Source of the DNA: Thermodesulfobacteriota bacterium
GTDB taxonomy: Bacteria; Desulfobacterota_D; UBA1144; Nemesobacterales; UBA2774
Assembly: GCA_965216785.1 (NCBI GenBank)
Contig: OZ244197.1
Location: forward strand, 2,400,001-2,464,000
Length of the DNA: 64,000 nt
Direction of reading: 5' to 3'
Under the pieces are notes generated by a model that was given only the letters and a program-made list of their open reading frames with translations, ran no database searches and was not told the DNA's origin. Position numbers and translations under genes: made by a program. This document shows, piece after piece, positions 30,550 through 40,745 of this stretch. Within the stretch, counting starts at the first letter, position 1, and each line of letters starts with the position of its first letter.

Positions 30550-31848
30550 GTGGCTAAGAAGAATTCTTTAACCGTAAAGGACAACAGAACAGGGAAAGAG
30601 TATGAATTGCCTATAGAGAATGACACTATTAAGGCAATGGACCTGCGTCAGATCAAAGTGAAGAAAGACGACTTCGGTATGATGAGTTACGACCCCGCAT
30701 ACAGCAACACTGCAGCATGCACAAGCAGGGTAACCTTCATCGACGGTGATAAGGGTGAGCTAATGTACAGAGGCTACCCAATTGACGTACTCGCGAAGAA
30801 AAGTAACTATTTGGAAGTCGCGTATTTACTTCTGAACGGTGAGCTCCCTAACAAGACGGAATTTGCTCGCTGGGAAGATAATATCACCAATCACACGATC
30901 ATTCATGAGAATATTAAGAAGTTTATGGACGGCTTCCGCTATGACGCGCACCCAATGGGTATGCTTCTCGGAACGGTAGGCGCTCTATCGACTTTTTATC
31001 CTGAAGCCAAAGACATTTTCAACAAAGAGGTAAGGGATATTCAGGTACACAGGCTTATTGCAAAAATGCCGACTATGGCGGCTTTCGCTTTCCGTCACGC
31101 AATGGGCCAGCCTTACGTTTATCCGGACAACGATCTTAGCTACGCGGGCAACTTCCTGAATATGCTCTTTAAAATGACAGAGCTTAAATACGATCCGGAC
31201 CCCGCGATCGAAAAAGCAATTGACGTATTATTCATTCTCCATGCAGACCACGAGCAGAACTGCAGCGCAAGCGCCATGCGTAACGTCGGAAGCTCTAACC
31301 CGGACCCATACTCGGCAACCGCTGCCGCTATAGCCGCCCTATACGGCCCGCTTCACGGCGGAGCAAACGAGGGTGTGCTTCAGATGCTGAACGAGATCGG
31401 CTCTGTGGATAAAATCCCCGAGTACATCAAACGCGCTAAAGCAGGTGAGTTCAGGCTTATGGGATTTGGCCATAGGGTTTATAAATCCTATGATCCTAGG
31501 GCAACGATAATTAAAGACATAGCACACGACGTATTTGAAGTAACGGGCAAGAACCCTCACCTCGATATCGCTCTTGAGCTAGAGAGGATCGCGCTTGAAG
31601 ATGACTACTTCGTAAAGAGAAAACTGTATCCGAACGTTGACTTCTACTCAGGACTTATTTACCAGAGTATGGGAATACCTGTAGAGATGTTCACGGTGAT
31701 GTTCGCCATCGCTCGTACTTCCGGCTGGCTAGCACAGTGGAAAGAGCTCCTAAATGACCCGGAGAACAGGATCGCCCGCCCGAGACAGGTTTATCTGGGC
31801 GAGAAGAACCTTAAGTACGTTCCGATGTCAAAAAGAAAAAAGAAGTAG
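30550..31848 (+). CDS. gltA: citrate synthase
   Basis: Motifs LHADHEQN, GPLHGGANE, MGFGHRVYK and YPNVDFYSG. Confidence 0.97.
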   Translation: MAKKNSLTVKDNRTGKEYELPIENDTIKAMDLRQIKVKKDDFGMMSYDPAYSNTAACTSRVTFIDGDKGELMYRGYPIDVLAKKSNYLEVAYLLLNGELPNKTEFARWEDNITNHTIIHENIKKFMDGFRYDAHPMGMLLGTVGALSTFYPEAKDIFNKEVRDIQVHRLIAKMPTMAAFAFRHAMGQPYVYPDNDLSYAGNFLNMLFKMTELKYDPDPAIEKAIDVLFILHADHEQNCSASAMRNVGSSNPDPYSATAAAIAALYGPLHGGANEGVLQMLNEIGSVDKIPEYIKRAKAGEFRLMGFGHRVYKSYDPRATIIKDIAHDVFEVTGKNPHLDIALELERIALEDDYFVKRKLYPNVDFYSGLIYQSMGIPVEMFTVMFAIARTSGWLAQWKELLNDPENRIARPRQVYLGEKNLKYVPMSKRKKK

Positions 31849-31882
31849 AAAGCAGGAAAGCAGTTACAAAATGAAATTAATC

Positions 31883-31914
31883 AAAGGAGATCCAATAGGG
31901 TCTCCTTTTTTTTT
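31883..31914 (+). terminator. intrinsic terminator of gltA
   Basis: aaaggagatcc-aata-gggtctcc followed by T9. Confidence 0.8.
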
Positions 31915-31983
31915 GTCACTGCGTGGCTCGGAATGAGCCGTGGCAATCTCTTTTTGTCATTCCGGGCTTCGACCCGGAATCTC
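31914..31983 (+). repeat. two tandem REP-like palindromic elements
   Basis: tgtcactgcgtggctc-ggaat-gagccgtggcaatctc and tgtcattccgggc-ttcg-acccggaatctc. Confidence 0.75.
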
Positions 31984-32007
31984 GTCTTTAATGTTCTTAG
32001 GGTCGAA

Positions 32008-32355
32008 TTAACTACTAGAGAAGTGTCTGCCGATGAGGCTGTTGTAGTAAAAATTCATGAGGTGCTCAAGGGATTTGATGAAGATATCCACGGCCTCGTC
32101 TATACCATCTTTACTTGAGAGGTACTTTGATACTTCGTCGTTTCCACCAAGCTGGATTTCAAGCGTTTGCTGAAAGGAATCCACCAGCTCGTCCTCTTCG
32201 TCCTTAATTATGGCCTCGATAAGACCCTCGTCCTGAAGGTCGTATTTTTTGGCCTCAAGCGCTTTTTTAAGAGCGTCCTTTACCTGCGGCGTGCGCAGCT
32301 CATGATAGCGCCCGGACGCTTTGTCGAATACTTTGAGTAAGTCGTCTATATACAT
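32008..32355 (-). CDS. acidic helical hypothetical protein
   Basis: 115-aa ORF; TGnTATAAT 9 nt before the ATG. Confidence 0.7.
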   Translation of the reverse strand: MYIDDLLKVFDKASGRYHELRTPQVKDALKKALEAKKYDLQDEGLIEAIIKDEEDELVDSFQQTLEIQLGGNDEVSKYLSSKDGIDEAVDIFIKSLEHLMNFYYNSLIGRHFSSS

Positions 32356-32417
32356 AGCGCGAGAATTATAACAGATGTACCGCTACATTGCATATACGGG
32401 CAAAGTATATCCATGAG

Positions 32418-33266
32418 TTACAGCCTGTCTTTTTGTTTTGTCTTGTTTTTTGGATTTTGCGCGATCTCTTTATTTATCCTGGAGATCATGATCAGGGCAT
32501 ATTTTCTGTTAAGATACCAGTCCGGATAGAAGGCAGGGTCTTTATCCTTTACAAGCTCTTGGAGCACTGTGAGCGCCTCTTCATAGCGTTTCTGCTTCTT
32601 AAGGTTCATTGCGAGATATAGTTTCGCGGAGGACAGGTGCGGATCGACGCTAAGCGCGCGTCTAATGTAGATTTCTGAAATCTGCATATCGCCGCCCAGG
32701 ATACCTGGCAGATAATAGAAAAGCGCTCCCTGCATGGCGAGCCCGTTCTCGTGGTTAGGGTCAAGCTCTAAAATAAGATCGAGCTCTCTTCTTACCTCTG
32801 GGAGCATGAATAGGGAGTTAAAGAGTCCTTTGGCATCCCCGAGTGAAGCCAGGTTGGCAACGTAGAAAAAATGTGCGTCCGGGTTACCAGGCTCAATCTC
32901 TACAGCTTTCTCGGCAGCTCTGGTGCCATTCTCAAACACCCTGATGAGCTCTTCCTTGCTTCTGGCTTTAACGTAGCCGTAAGTGAGCCATGCCCGTGAA
33001 AGAAGAAGCAGCGCATCCACGTCGTCAGGCTCTGCTGCAAGCTTTTCTTCGAGCACTTTAATGGTCTTATCTATGTTTGAGGGATCTCTATGGTAGAGAG
33101 CAAGAACTTCCCAGGCTCGATCGAGTCCGTTCAACGAAGGATCGAGCCCGCTACCCTTTGACGGCGCGGCGGGCTCATCTGCGTAGAGAAATGCAGCGGT
33201 TACGGAGCATATTAAAAAGATAAGGATAGATAAGATATAGAATCGAGTAGAGCTTGTTTTTATCAT
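32418..33266 (-). CDS. secreted TPR protein
   Basis: Signal peptide; TPR-like repeats (AVEIEPGNPDAH, LELDPNH, ALSVDPH). Confidence 0.8.
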   Translation of the reverse strand: MIKTSSTRFYILSILIFLICSVTAAFLYADEPAAPSKGSGLDPSLNGLDRAWEVLALYHRDPSNIDKTIKVLEEKLAAEPDDVDALLLLSRAWLTYGYVKARSKEELIRVFENGTRAAEKAVEIEPGNPDAHFFYVANLASLGDAKGLFNSLFMLPEVRRELDLILELDPNHENGLAMQGALFYYLPGILGGDMQISEIYIRRALSVDPHLSSAKLYLAMNLKKQKRYEEALTVLQELVKDKDPAFYPDWYLNRKYALIMISRINKEIAQNPKNKTKQKDRL

Positions 33267-33293
33267 ATCTCCCGTCGGGTCTTAAAATATGAC

Positions 33294-34316
33294 TTACTTA
33301 AACTTGTTAAGCCCTTCGAGTAGAGAATAAATAAGTTTGATCGTATCTTCAATATCGGTTTTATACGCAAGACAGCTCGGGCTGTGGAGATAGCGGACCG
33401 GTACCGAGACCACGGCGGCCCGGCTTCCTTTCCCTGTAACCTGCATTGCAGTCGCGTTTGTGCTGCCGGCTTTTTTCACCGTTACCTGATAGGGGATCTT
33501 TTTCTTCTTCGCAGTGTCCATCAGGAAGTAACTAAACGGTCGGTTCGCTACAAGGAAGCGGTCAGATAGTCTAATCTCAGGGCCCTTAAGCACATTCGCA
33601 AGCGTTTTATATTCCGTGACGCCTGGAATGTCCATGGCCACTGTGCCTTCAAGAGCGACCACAAAATCTGGCTCGTAGACCGGGACTATGACACGGGCGC
33701 CTCTTAGGCCTACTTCTTCCTGAACTGTAGCCGTTAGATAGAGGTCGCATCCTAGTTTCGGCTTTCGTTTTAGTGCTTCCAGCATAACAAAAAGCCCGAC
33801 TCTGTCGTCTATCGCCTTTGAGATAATCGCGTCCTCAGTCTCCTCAAAAGGAGCGTTGAACGAGACAACGTCGCCAATCGATACGAGCTTCTTCACTTTG
33901 TCTGCCTGCAAACCAAGATCGACTACACAGTCCTCTACCTCGGGGACTTCTTTATTGTTACCGGTCTTGCTTATGTGAGGGGGTACGGCTGCCACCATTC
34001 CAAGGAGCGGCTTTTTACCCCAAATCGTGAGCCTTTGGCCGTAAAATACTCTAGGGTCCATTCCCCCGAGAGATGTAAGACGCAGGAACCCTTTTGAATC
34101 TATATGGTTCACCATAAAACCGACTTCGTCGGTGTGAGCGTCAAGCACGAGCTTTGGCCCTTTGCCGGGTATATGGGCAATGATATTCCCGAGAGCGTCT
34201 TCTGTGACCTCTTTAGTTAGTTTTCCGAACTCTTTTTTAATAATGTCCTTTACAGGACCTTCAGCCCCGGGAAGACCGGGCGCCTCGCAAAGTGTTTTGA
34301 GTAGTTTTATATTCAT
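33294..34316 (-). CDS. M42-family metallo-aminopeptidase
   Basis: Motifs DAHTDEVG, KAIDDRVG, TVQEEVGLRGA and RYLHSP. Confidence 0.92.
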   Translation of the reverse strand: MNIKLLKTLCEAPGLPGAEGPVKDIIKKEFGKLTKEVTEDALGNIIAHIPGKGPKLVLDAHTDEVGFMVNHIDSKGFLRLTSLGGMDPRVFYGQRLTIWGKKPLLGMVAAVPPHISKTGNNKEVPEVEDCVVDLGLQADKVKKLVSIGDVVSFNAPFEETEDAIISKAIDDRVGLFVMLEALKRKPKLGCDLYLTATVQEEVGLRGARVIVPVYEPDFVVALEGTVAMDIPGVTEYKTLANVLKGPEIRLSDRFLVANRPFSYFLMDTAKKKKIPYQVTVKKAGSTNATAMQVTGKGSRAAVVSVPVRYLHSPSCLAYKTDIEDTIKLIYSLLEGLNKFK

Positions 34317-34376
34317 AAGGGACTCATTATAACCAAGGTTTTTCTAATTGCCAGTTGCTCTATTGTCGTACCAACT

Positions 34377-35111
34377 CTATAAACCCCACCCGCCGCTCAG
34401 CTGAATGTTGCTGCCGTTAACGTAGGAGGCCTCATCTGAAAGTAAGTAAAGGGCGGCGTTAACAGCGTCATCAGTGGAGCCAATATAGCCTGCGGGTATT
34501 CGTTTAACCATAGACTCAAGCTCTTCCATGGGTGCGCTGCCGGAATTAATAAACCCGGGGGATATGGCGTTTACGGTAATCCCATCAGGCGCAAGCGCTC
34601 TTGCGAGAGAGCGGGTAAGCATCAGTACGCCTGCTTTAGCGATGTAATGCGCCGTAATCTCAGTCTGGGCTATCAGTTTATCCGCGTTTGCCATACTGAA
34701 ATTTATTATCCGTCCCCACCCGCGCTCTTTCATACCTGCTGAAACTGCCTGGCTCATGTAAAAAACAGAGTGCAGGTTGTTGTCGAACATACTGTTCCAG
34801 CCCTCCGGCGTCTCTTTAAGAATATTGACCCTGTGATAAGGCCCGGCGCAGTTAACGAGAGTGTCAATGCGGCCCCAGACATCCTCGACATTTTTTACAA
34901 GCTCTTTACATGACGCGGGATCTGACACATCGGCTTTGAAACTAAGCCCTTTAGCTCCCTTCTCCTCGACCTCTTTTACCGTCTCTTGGGCATCGGGCTC
35001 ACTCGTTCTGAAACAAACTGCTACCGACCATCCTCTTGAGGCCAGCTCAAGCCCGATTGCTCTTCCGATCCCCCTTGCTCCCCCTGTAATTAACGCGACT
35101 TTTTCACTCAT
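34377..35111 (-). CDS. short-chain dehydrogenase/reductase
   Basis: TGGARGIG, YIAK (YxxxK) and NAISPG. Confidence 0.93.
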   Translation of the reverse strand: MSEKVALITGGARGIGRAIGLELASRGWSVAVCFRTSEPDAQETVKEVEEKGAKGLSFKADVSDPASCKELVKNVEDVWGRIDTLVNCAGPYHRVNILKETPEGWNSMFDNNLHSVFYMSQAVSAGMKERGWGRIINFSMANADKLIAQTEITAHYIAKAGVLMLTRSLARALAPDGITVNAISPGFINSGSAPMEELESMVKRIPAGYIGSTDDAVNAALYLLSDEASYVNGSNIQLSGGWGL

Positions 35112-35177
35112 TTTTTCTCCTTTGTTCAGACTGTATGTAAGACATTTGAGCGCCTGTATATTAATTGTCAGATCAAA

Positions 35178-36257
35178 TCACAACAGGAAAGAGTAGATCA
35201 CTATCAGTATGAACGCTGAGGGAAAGAAAATGCGGGAATAAAAGTCTATTCTTTCAGCGAGCTCACCCTTTCCCTTTACACTAAGACTGCCTGTAGTAAC
35301 TGACTCGACCAGAGCTATAAATATCAACAGTGTCGAGCCGAATACGAACTTGTCGAAGCGGGTAAGATAGTCAACATTCGGAATAATATTGCCAATTGCA
35401 AACCGGTACGCGATCAGCGTGAGCATAGAGGTAACGGATAATCCTATTTGCGGACCGATTTGACTCGGAGGAATCCAGAATACAGTCCAGGACATAAATA
35501 CAATTAAAAACATCGGAAATATTACTTTCCATATGTAATAACGAGTATTACGGTCTGCGTTATATTCAAATATAAAGCGGGAGTAAGACTTCTGACCGAT
35601 CCGGCTCTTTAAGACATATTCAGAAGAATTTACAGTAGGATGAGTGCTAATGTACCAGTCGACTATTGAAAACTCTTCTGACCTTCCGGTATAACTTTCA
35701 TCTAATAAAAACAATACCTCATCCGTACTGTACGCCTTTGATACAATGTCTATACGAAGGGGACGTGAATCGAAAGGAAAATCTTTAACATCGGAAAGAG
35801 TAAGCACGTCTCCATAGTAAATCTGTGCATATTCCACAGCTCCCTCACAGTTTACCCATACTATATTTTGTTCCAGCTCCGCAAGGCTTCGCTTGTTTAG
35901 GAGAAATATTTGCGGATGCCAAACCTGGTCAAGATCAAACTTGCGAACTAACTTTGGGTCTTCTCCCTCCTTGCAAGCCAAACGCGGGTCTTTCCATATA
36001 AAAGTTATAGCAAACTTAGCTCTAAAGCTTTGCTCAGAGCCACTGACACTTTCAATATTAATAATTTGTAAACCGGTGGATACCTTAGTCGGAACACCTT
36101 CGGAGTCAGGACGGGATAAATATGTCGAGCCCGTGCTTTTAATTTCCTCTGCCAATAGGGAGCCTGGCAGAATAAAAACAAGAAAAATTATCGTGCCGCT
36201 TCGGATTACGAACAAAAAATGCTCTCTCATTCCTCTTAGCTCCGATTCTATAAACAT
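35178..36257 (-). CDS. prokaryotic pentameric ligand-gated ion channel (GLIC/ELIC family)
   Basis: WKDPRL, WHPQIFLLN, Pro-loop DFPFD and four C-terminal TM helices (YYIWKVIFP, WTVFWI, YLTRFD). Start uncertain. Confidence 0.9.
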   Translation of the reverse strand: MFIESELRGMREHFLFVIRSGTIIFLVFILPGSLLAEEIKSTGSTYLSRPDSEGVPTKVSTGLQIINIESVSGSEQSFRAKFAITFIWKDPRLACKEGEDPKLVRKFDLDQVWHPQIFLLNKRSLAELEQNIVWVNCEGAVEYAQIYYGDVLTLSDVKDFPFDSRPLRIDIVSKAYSTDEVLFLLDESYTGRSEEFSIVDWYISTHPTVNSSEYVLKSRIGQKSYSRFIFEYNADRNTRYYIWKVIFPMFLIVFMSWTVFWIPPSQIGPQIGLSVTSMLTLIAYRFAIGNIIPNVDYLTRFDKFVFGSTLLIFIALVESVTTGSLSVKGKGELAERIDFYSRIFFPSAFILIVIYSFLL

Positions 36258-36456
36258 TACTTTCGGGATTGGCTGGAGATTTAAATAGATAGTTCATTTC
36301 AATCTATACAAGCCCTATTTCATCCCTACATATTCATGATAAAAGACACCTTTGTATATCGTTAAACAGACTATACTTGCAACACTTATCATTTTCAAAA
36401 TTCATCCGATATTCTCGCTTCATACAGGGTATTCATGTTGCCCCCCTTAGAATTAA

Positions 36457-36813
36457 CTAAAAGGTCACCACTTTCCAGCCCTCGTTAAGTAGCGTTCTTA
36501 TACTCGGATGCCCGTCGTACTCGGCTTCTACCGGAAGGCTCTGCTCTTCTACTTCCTTTGCGACGTTAAAGGCCCCGGCGCAGTATTCACACACAGAGAC
36601 CTTATCCTTCACCTGATCGTAGAGCTCACGGTAGGGCTGCTCGGGTTTTGTGAACTGCTTTACCCACCTGGTACCCGCGCCGTCAAGTATCAGCTTTACC
36701 TCTTCGCCCGCTTCTTTATATTCCTTAACGGTTATCATCGCGTTTACCACGCGCCCCATACCCTCGTAGTCTTGCGTGTCCGAAAGAACGATTATCGCAG
36801 CTTTGTCAGCCAT
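36457..36813 (-). CDS. DsrE-like protein with CxxC
   Basis: LILDGAGTRW, VCEYCAGAF and GHPSIRTLLNEG; GGAGG site. Confidence 0.75.
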   Translation of the reverse strand: MADKAAIIVLSDTQDYEGMGRVVNAMITVKEYKEAGEEVKLILDGAGTRWVKQFTKPEQPYRELYDQVKDKVSVCEYCAGAFNVAKEVEEQSLPVEAEYDGHPSIRTLLNEGWKVVTF

Positions 36814-36844
36814 GACTGACCTCCTCTTAGTTTTTATGGCCTTC

Positions 36845-38542
36845 TTACTTAACTCTGGGCGGTCTGCCGTTATTGGCGGCCACCCTTGAGCCCCACTCTA
36901 AAAGCTCCTTACTGCAGTCGTCTCTGTCGAGCATGACCTCTATCAAGCACGGCCCTCCCTTATGTGAAAGCGCCGTTTTTATGGCCTTTTCAAGCTCTCC
37001 CTCCGTTGAAACCCTCTCAGACCACCCGTTTCCTTCTCCCGCGTTGAATACGTCCATAATCCCTGCGTAGTCCCAGTTTTTGATATTATTATAGGGACCG
37101 TCGTGTATCTCGACCTCGATCGTATACCCGCCGTTATTAAGTAAAAATATTATCGGGTTCAGCTCGTATCTTATCATGGTCGAGAGCTCCTGGGCGGTCA
37201 GCTGGAATGAGCCGTCTCCAATGAATGAGAGCAAGCGGTGGTCTTTTGCAGAGCCAAGAGAATATCCGAGCGTTGCTCCTACGGACCAGCCGATGGAGCC
37301 GTACTGCATTTGTATCTCAAATTTTGCCCCCTCGGGCAGATCTAGCTTCATACAGTTAAACCAGGAGTCCCCTGTTTCAGCTAACACCGCGGTTTTAGAG
37401 TCCAGGATTCCCTGAATCTGCGAAAAGAGCCTTCTCGTGGTAATCGGCTCGTCTTTCTTAACGGGAGGCTCAGGGGCAAAATCCATCTTAACGCGCTTAT
37501 AGGCTTTAAGTGACGAGTCGTTTGGCTTTACCTCTTTTGCGAGCGCTTCCAGGAACTCACCGATCATTACCTTGTTGTAGGTTACGTTCGGGAGTCTCAC
37601 AAAATCGCGCCCGGCGTGAATTAGCTTTTCGGGGTTAATGAGGTCGGAGAACCCGCAAGTGGTGTAGTCTGTGAACCTCGGACCGGTAAATAGGTATACG
37701 TTTGCGGACTCCACAATTTCATTTGTGCCCGGGCTGCTGACCGGGCCCCAGTAGGTGCCGATGTAGTTTGGGTGATTTTCAGATACATAACCCTTAGCGC
37801 CCGGCATGGAGGCAAAAGCGTAATTTGAAGCCTTTAGAAGTTTTTCAAATGAATTCTCTGCGCAGCATGCCCTGAGCTCTTCTCCTGTGACGGCAATTGG
37901 TTTTGCGGCTGCGTTAAGAAAATCGGCTGCCGCCTTTACCGCCCCCTTAAGAGCGCTCGGGTCGCTCTTAACTCTACTTATAAAATTGCGTTTATGGGGC
38001 GCTGGTATGTATTGACTTGCGAGGTTACAGGGTACCTCAATGTACACGGGCTTGCGCTCGCTTACGCAAGTGGAGATAGTCTCGTCTATTAAATAAGGCG
38101 CGTCTTCAAGATGCTTCACTATGACGGCAGCCGCGGCGGCGTGGGCGAATATGTCTCTTTGATATCCGTAACTCACCCTCCCGGGCGTATGGTGAAGCAC
38201 CTGGTTTTCTACTTCGGAATTGGTGTTAGGGCCTCCGCTTATTACGATTACCGGCATGTCTTCCGCGTAGGAGCCCGCGGTCGCGTTAAGCGCGCTCAGG
38301 CCGCCTACCGAAAACGTTACCACCTGTGCGGCGATACCGTTTGCGCGCGCGTAACCGTCAGCCGCGTACCCGCCGTTAAGCTCGTTACAACAGGAGATCA
38401 TGGTTAGATCAGGGTTTTTGAGCAGCTCGTCGAGTAATACTAAATTATAGTCACCGGGGACTGAGAAATAATGCTTTATTCCAAGCTCCACGAGTCTTGA
38501 CGCCAGATATGAGCCTACTGTGACCATGCCGTTTTCATTCAT
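36845..38542 (-). CDS. ThDP-dependent pyruvate (2-oxoacid) decarboxylase
   Basis: [26 protein letters not shown], ThDP motif GDGSFQLT...NN and [13 protein letters not shown]; probable ATG at 38542. Confidence 0.9.
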   Translation of the reverse strand: MNENGMVTVGSYLASRLVELGIKHYFSVPGDYNLVLLDELLKNPDLTMISCCNELNGGYAADGYARANGIAAQVVTFSVGGLSALNATAGSYAEDMPVIVISGGPNTNSEVENQVLHHTPGRVSYGYQRDIFAHAAAAAVIVKHLEDAPYLIDETISTCVSERKPVYIEVPCNLASQYIPAPHKRNFISRVKSDPSALKGAVKAAADFLNAAAKPIAVTGEELRACCAENSFEKLLKASNYAFASMPGAKGYVSENHPNYIGTYWGPVSSPGTNEIVESANVYLFTGPRFTDYTTCGFSDLINPEKLIHAGRDFVRLPNVTYNKVMIGEFLEALAKEVKPNDSSLKAYKRVKMDFAPEPPVKKDEPITTRRLFSQIQGILDSKTAVLAETGDSWFNCMKLDLPEGAKFEIQMQYGSIGWSVGATLGYSLGSAKDHRLLSFIGDGSFQLTAQELSTMIRYELNPIIFLLNNGGYTIEVEIHDGPYNNIKNWDYAGIMDVFNAGEGNGWSERVSTEGELEKAIKTALSHKGGPCLIEVMLDRDDCSKELLEWGSRVAANNGRPPRVK

Positions 38543-38724
38543 TTTAAATAGACCCCCAATAAGAGTTGATAAAACATTATAAAAACTCCCAGATTTAGTT
38601 ACAAGCACTGTTGCACATAATTACTAAGTCGCCTGTATATATTTTTGCAATTTAATTTTCGGTTAATAAAGCTGTATAATGGCTATCAACTACTAGATAT
38701 CCCATACTTTGGAGGAGAAATTCT

Positions 38725-40101
38725 ATGCCAGCTAAATTTGACGCGATAGTGATAGGTACCGGGCAGTCGGGCCCTGCGCTTGCCGGCAGGATGTCCGGGG
38801 CCGGAATGAAAGTGGCGGTGCTGGAGAGAAAACTTTTCGGAGGCACGTGTGTAAATACAGGATGCATACCTACAAAAACCCTGGTCGCGAGCGCTCGGGC
38901 CGCTCATGTAGCCAGAACGGGAGCGGAATATGGAGTTATGATCGACGGCTCCATCGAAGTGGATATGAAGAGGGTTAAAGCAAGAAAAGACGAGGTGTCG
39001 GGAACATCAAACAAGAACGTGGAGAGCTGGGTCAGAGGAATGGAGAACGTTACCGTGTATGAGGGACACGGCCGTTTTGAATCCCCGAACACAGTGAGTG
39101 TGAACGGGGAAATCTTAGAGGCGGAAAAAATATTCATTAACGTTGGCGGCAGAGCATTCGTGCCGCCGATGCCTGACGGAGAGGGGCTTTCCTATCTCAC
39201 GAATACCGGGATGATGGAGATTGATTTTTTGCCCGAGCATCTGGTTATTATCGGGGGTAGTTACATCGGGCTTGAGTTCGCTCAGATGTACAGACGCTAT
39301 GGAAGCGAGGTTACTGTAATCGAGAAAGGCCCGCGTTTGATCGGCAGGGAAGACGAAGACGTCTCGGACGCAGTGAGGAGAATAATGGAGAAAGAGGGAA
39401 TTAATCTCAGGCTGAATGCTGAGTGTATTAACGCTAAGAAGCATGAAAAAGGGGTAGAGGTCGAAGTTGACTGCACGCAGGGGGATACGAGCGTTGTCGG
39501 AACGCACCTTCTGTGGGCTGTGGGAAGAGTGCCTAATACAGATGACCTGGGGCTCGATAAAGCCGGAATAGAGACTAACAACAGAGGATACATTCAGGTG
39601 GACGATCAGTGCCGGACCAACGTGCCGGGTGTGTGGGCCATCGGAGACTGTAACGGTAAAGGCGCGTTCACTCACACTTCCTATAACGACTTTGAGATTG
39701 TCGCGGCCAATCTCCTGGACAAAGACCCGCGCAGGATAAGCGACCGGATACTGTGCTATGGCCTTTTCATCGACCCGCCTCTCGGCAGAGCTGGCATGAC
39801 AGAGCAGCAGGTTAGGGATTCAGGGCGTAAGGCGCTCATTGGGAAAAGGATGATGAGCAGGGTAGGACGCGCCCGGGAAAGGGGAGAGACAGAGGGGTTT
39901 ATTAAGATAATAGTGGACGCAGAGACAAAACAGATACTGGGAGCCGCGATACTGGGGGTCGAAGGAGATGAGGCGGTACACTGCATTCTGGACATCATGT
40001 ACGCGAAAGCCCCGTATACCGTAATAAAAAGAGCTATGCACATTCACCCCACAGTGTCAGAGCTGATACCCACAGTGCTCGGTGAGCTAAAGCCTCTTTA
40101 G
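38725..40101 (+). CDS. class-I pyridine nucleotide-disulfide oxidoreductase (MerA/RclA-like, no Hg-binding cysteines)
   Basis: GGTCVNTGCIP, GGSYIGLE and HIHPTVSE; no C-terminal Cys-Cys pair. Confidence 0.9.
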   Translation: MPAKFDAIVIGTGQSGPALAGRMSGAGMKVAVLERKLFGGTCVNTGCIPTKTLVASARAAHVARTGAEYGVMIDGSIEVDMKRVKARKDEVSGTSNKNVESWVRGMENVTVYEGHGRFESPNTVSVNGEILEAEKIFINVGGRAFVPPMPDGEGLSYLTNTGMMEIDFLPEHLVIIGGSYIGLEFAQMYRRYGSEVTVIEKGPRLIGREDEDVSDAVRRIMEKEGINLRLNAECINAKKHEKGVEVEVDCTQGDTSVVGTHLLWAVGRVPNTDDLGLDKAGIETNNRGYIQVDDQCRTNVPGVWAIGDCNGKGAFTHTSYNDFEIVAANLLDKDPRRISDRILCYGLFIDPPLGRAGMTEQQVRDSGRKALIGKRMMSRVGRARERGETEGFIKIIVDAETKQILGAAILGVEGDEAVHCILDIMYAKAPYTVIKRAMHIHPTVSELIPTVLGELKPL

Positions 40102-40189
40102 CGGTAATACGTACTTGAGTCTGCCATCCCGCTTCGTTACACTTAGAGTGGATATAAGGCAGGACCTATAAAAACGGAGGGTTTTCAAC

Positions 40190-40717
40190 ATGAGAGCAGC
40201 AACAGCAATTCTACTTATTATTTTAATGTCAGCGGCATACGCTGAAACCGGATTCACACAGACGGCTCAGCAATATGTGCAGCAGGGAGACGCAAAAGCC
40301 GAGACGGGTGATATTAACGGCGCTATCGAAGACTTCACGAAAGCTATTAAAGCGGATCCCAAGTTGGCGGAAGCCTATTACAACAGGGGTTACGCATACG
40401 CGATAACTCAGCAATTCAAAAAAGCGGATAAGGATTTCACAAAAGCAATTGAATTAAACCCCAGCTTTGCTCAAGCATACCTTAGACGGGGCGCGGTGAA
40501 GACTAATGAGAACAATAATAAAGGGGCGATAAAAGATTTCGATAAAGCGATAGAGATACAGCCAACTTACGCCGAAGCCTACTACGTAAGAGGGTACGTA
40601 TATATAGAGATGGGGCAAAAGAAAAAGGGATGCGAGGACTTAAAAAAAGCAGGGGAGCTTGGGTTATCACAGCACGCTCAATTCAACCAAGTGCTAAATC
40701 AACAGTGCGGGCAGTAG
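40190..40717 (+). CDS. secreted TPR protein
   Basis: Signal peptide; repeated AIxDFxKAI...AxAYxxRG TPR units. Confidence 0.9.
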   Translation: MRAATAILLIILMSAAYAETGFTQTAQQYVQQGDAKAETGDINGAIEDFTKAIKADPKLAEAYYNRGYAYAITQQFKKADKDFTKAIELNPSFAQAYLRRGAVKTNENNNKGAIKDFDKAIEIQPTYAEAYYVRGYVYIEMGQKKKGCEDLKKAGELGLSQHAQFNQVLNQQCGQ

Positions 40718-40745
40718 ACTTAAAGAAGTCTTTGGGGCGGCTCTT

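Noticed and set aside
38725-40101. Mercuric reductase merA
   Set aside because: Lacks the NmerA domain and the C-terminal Cys-Cys pair; no mer genes nearby.
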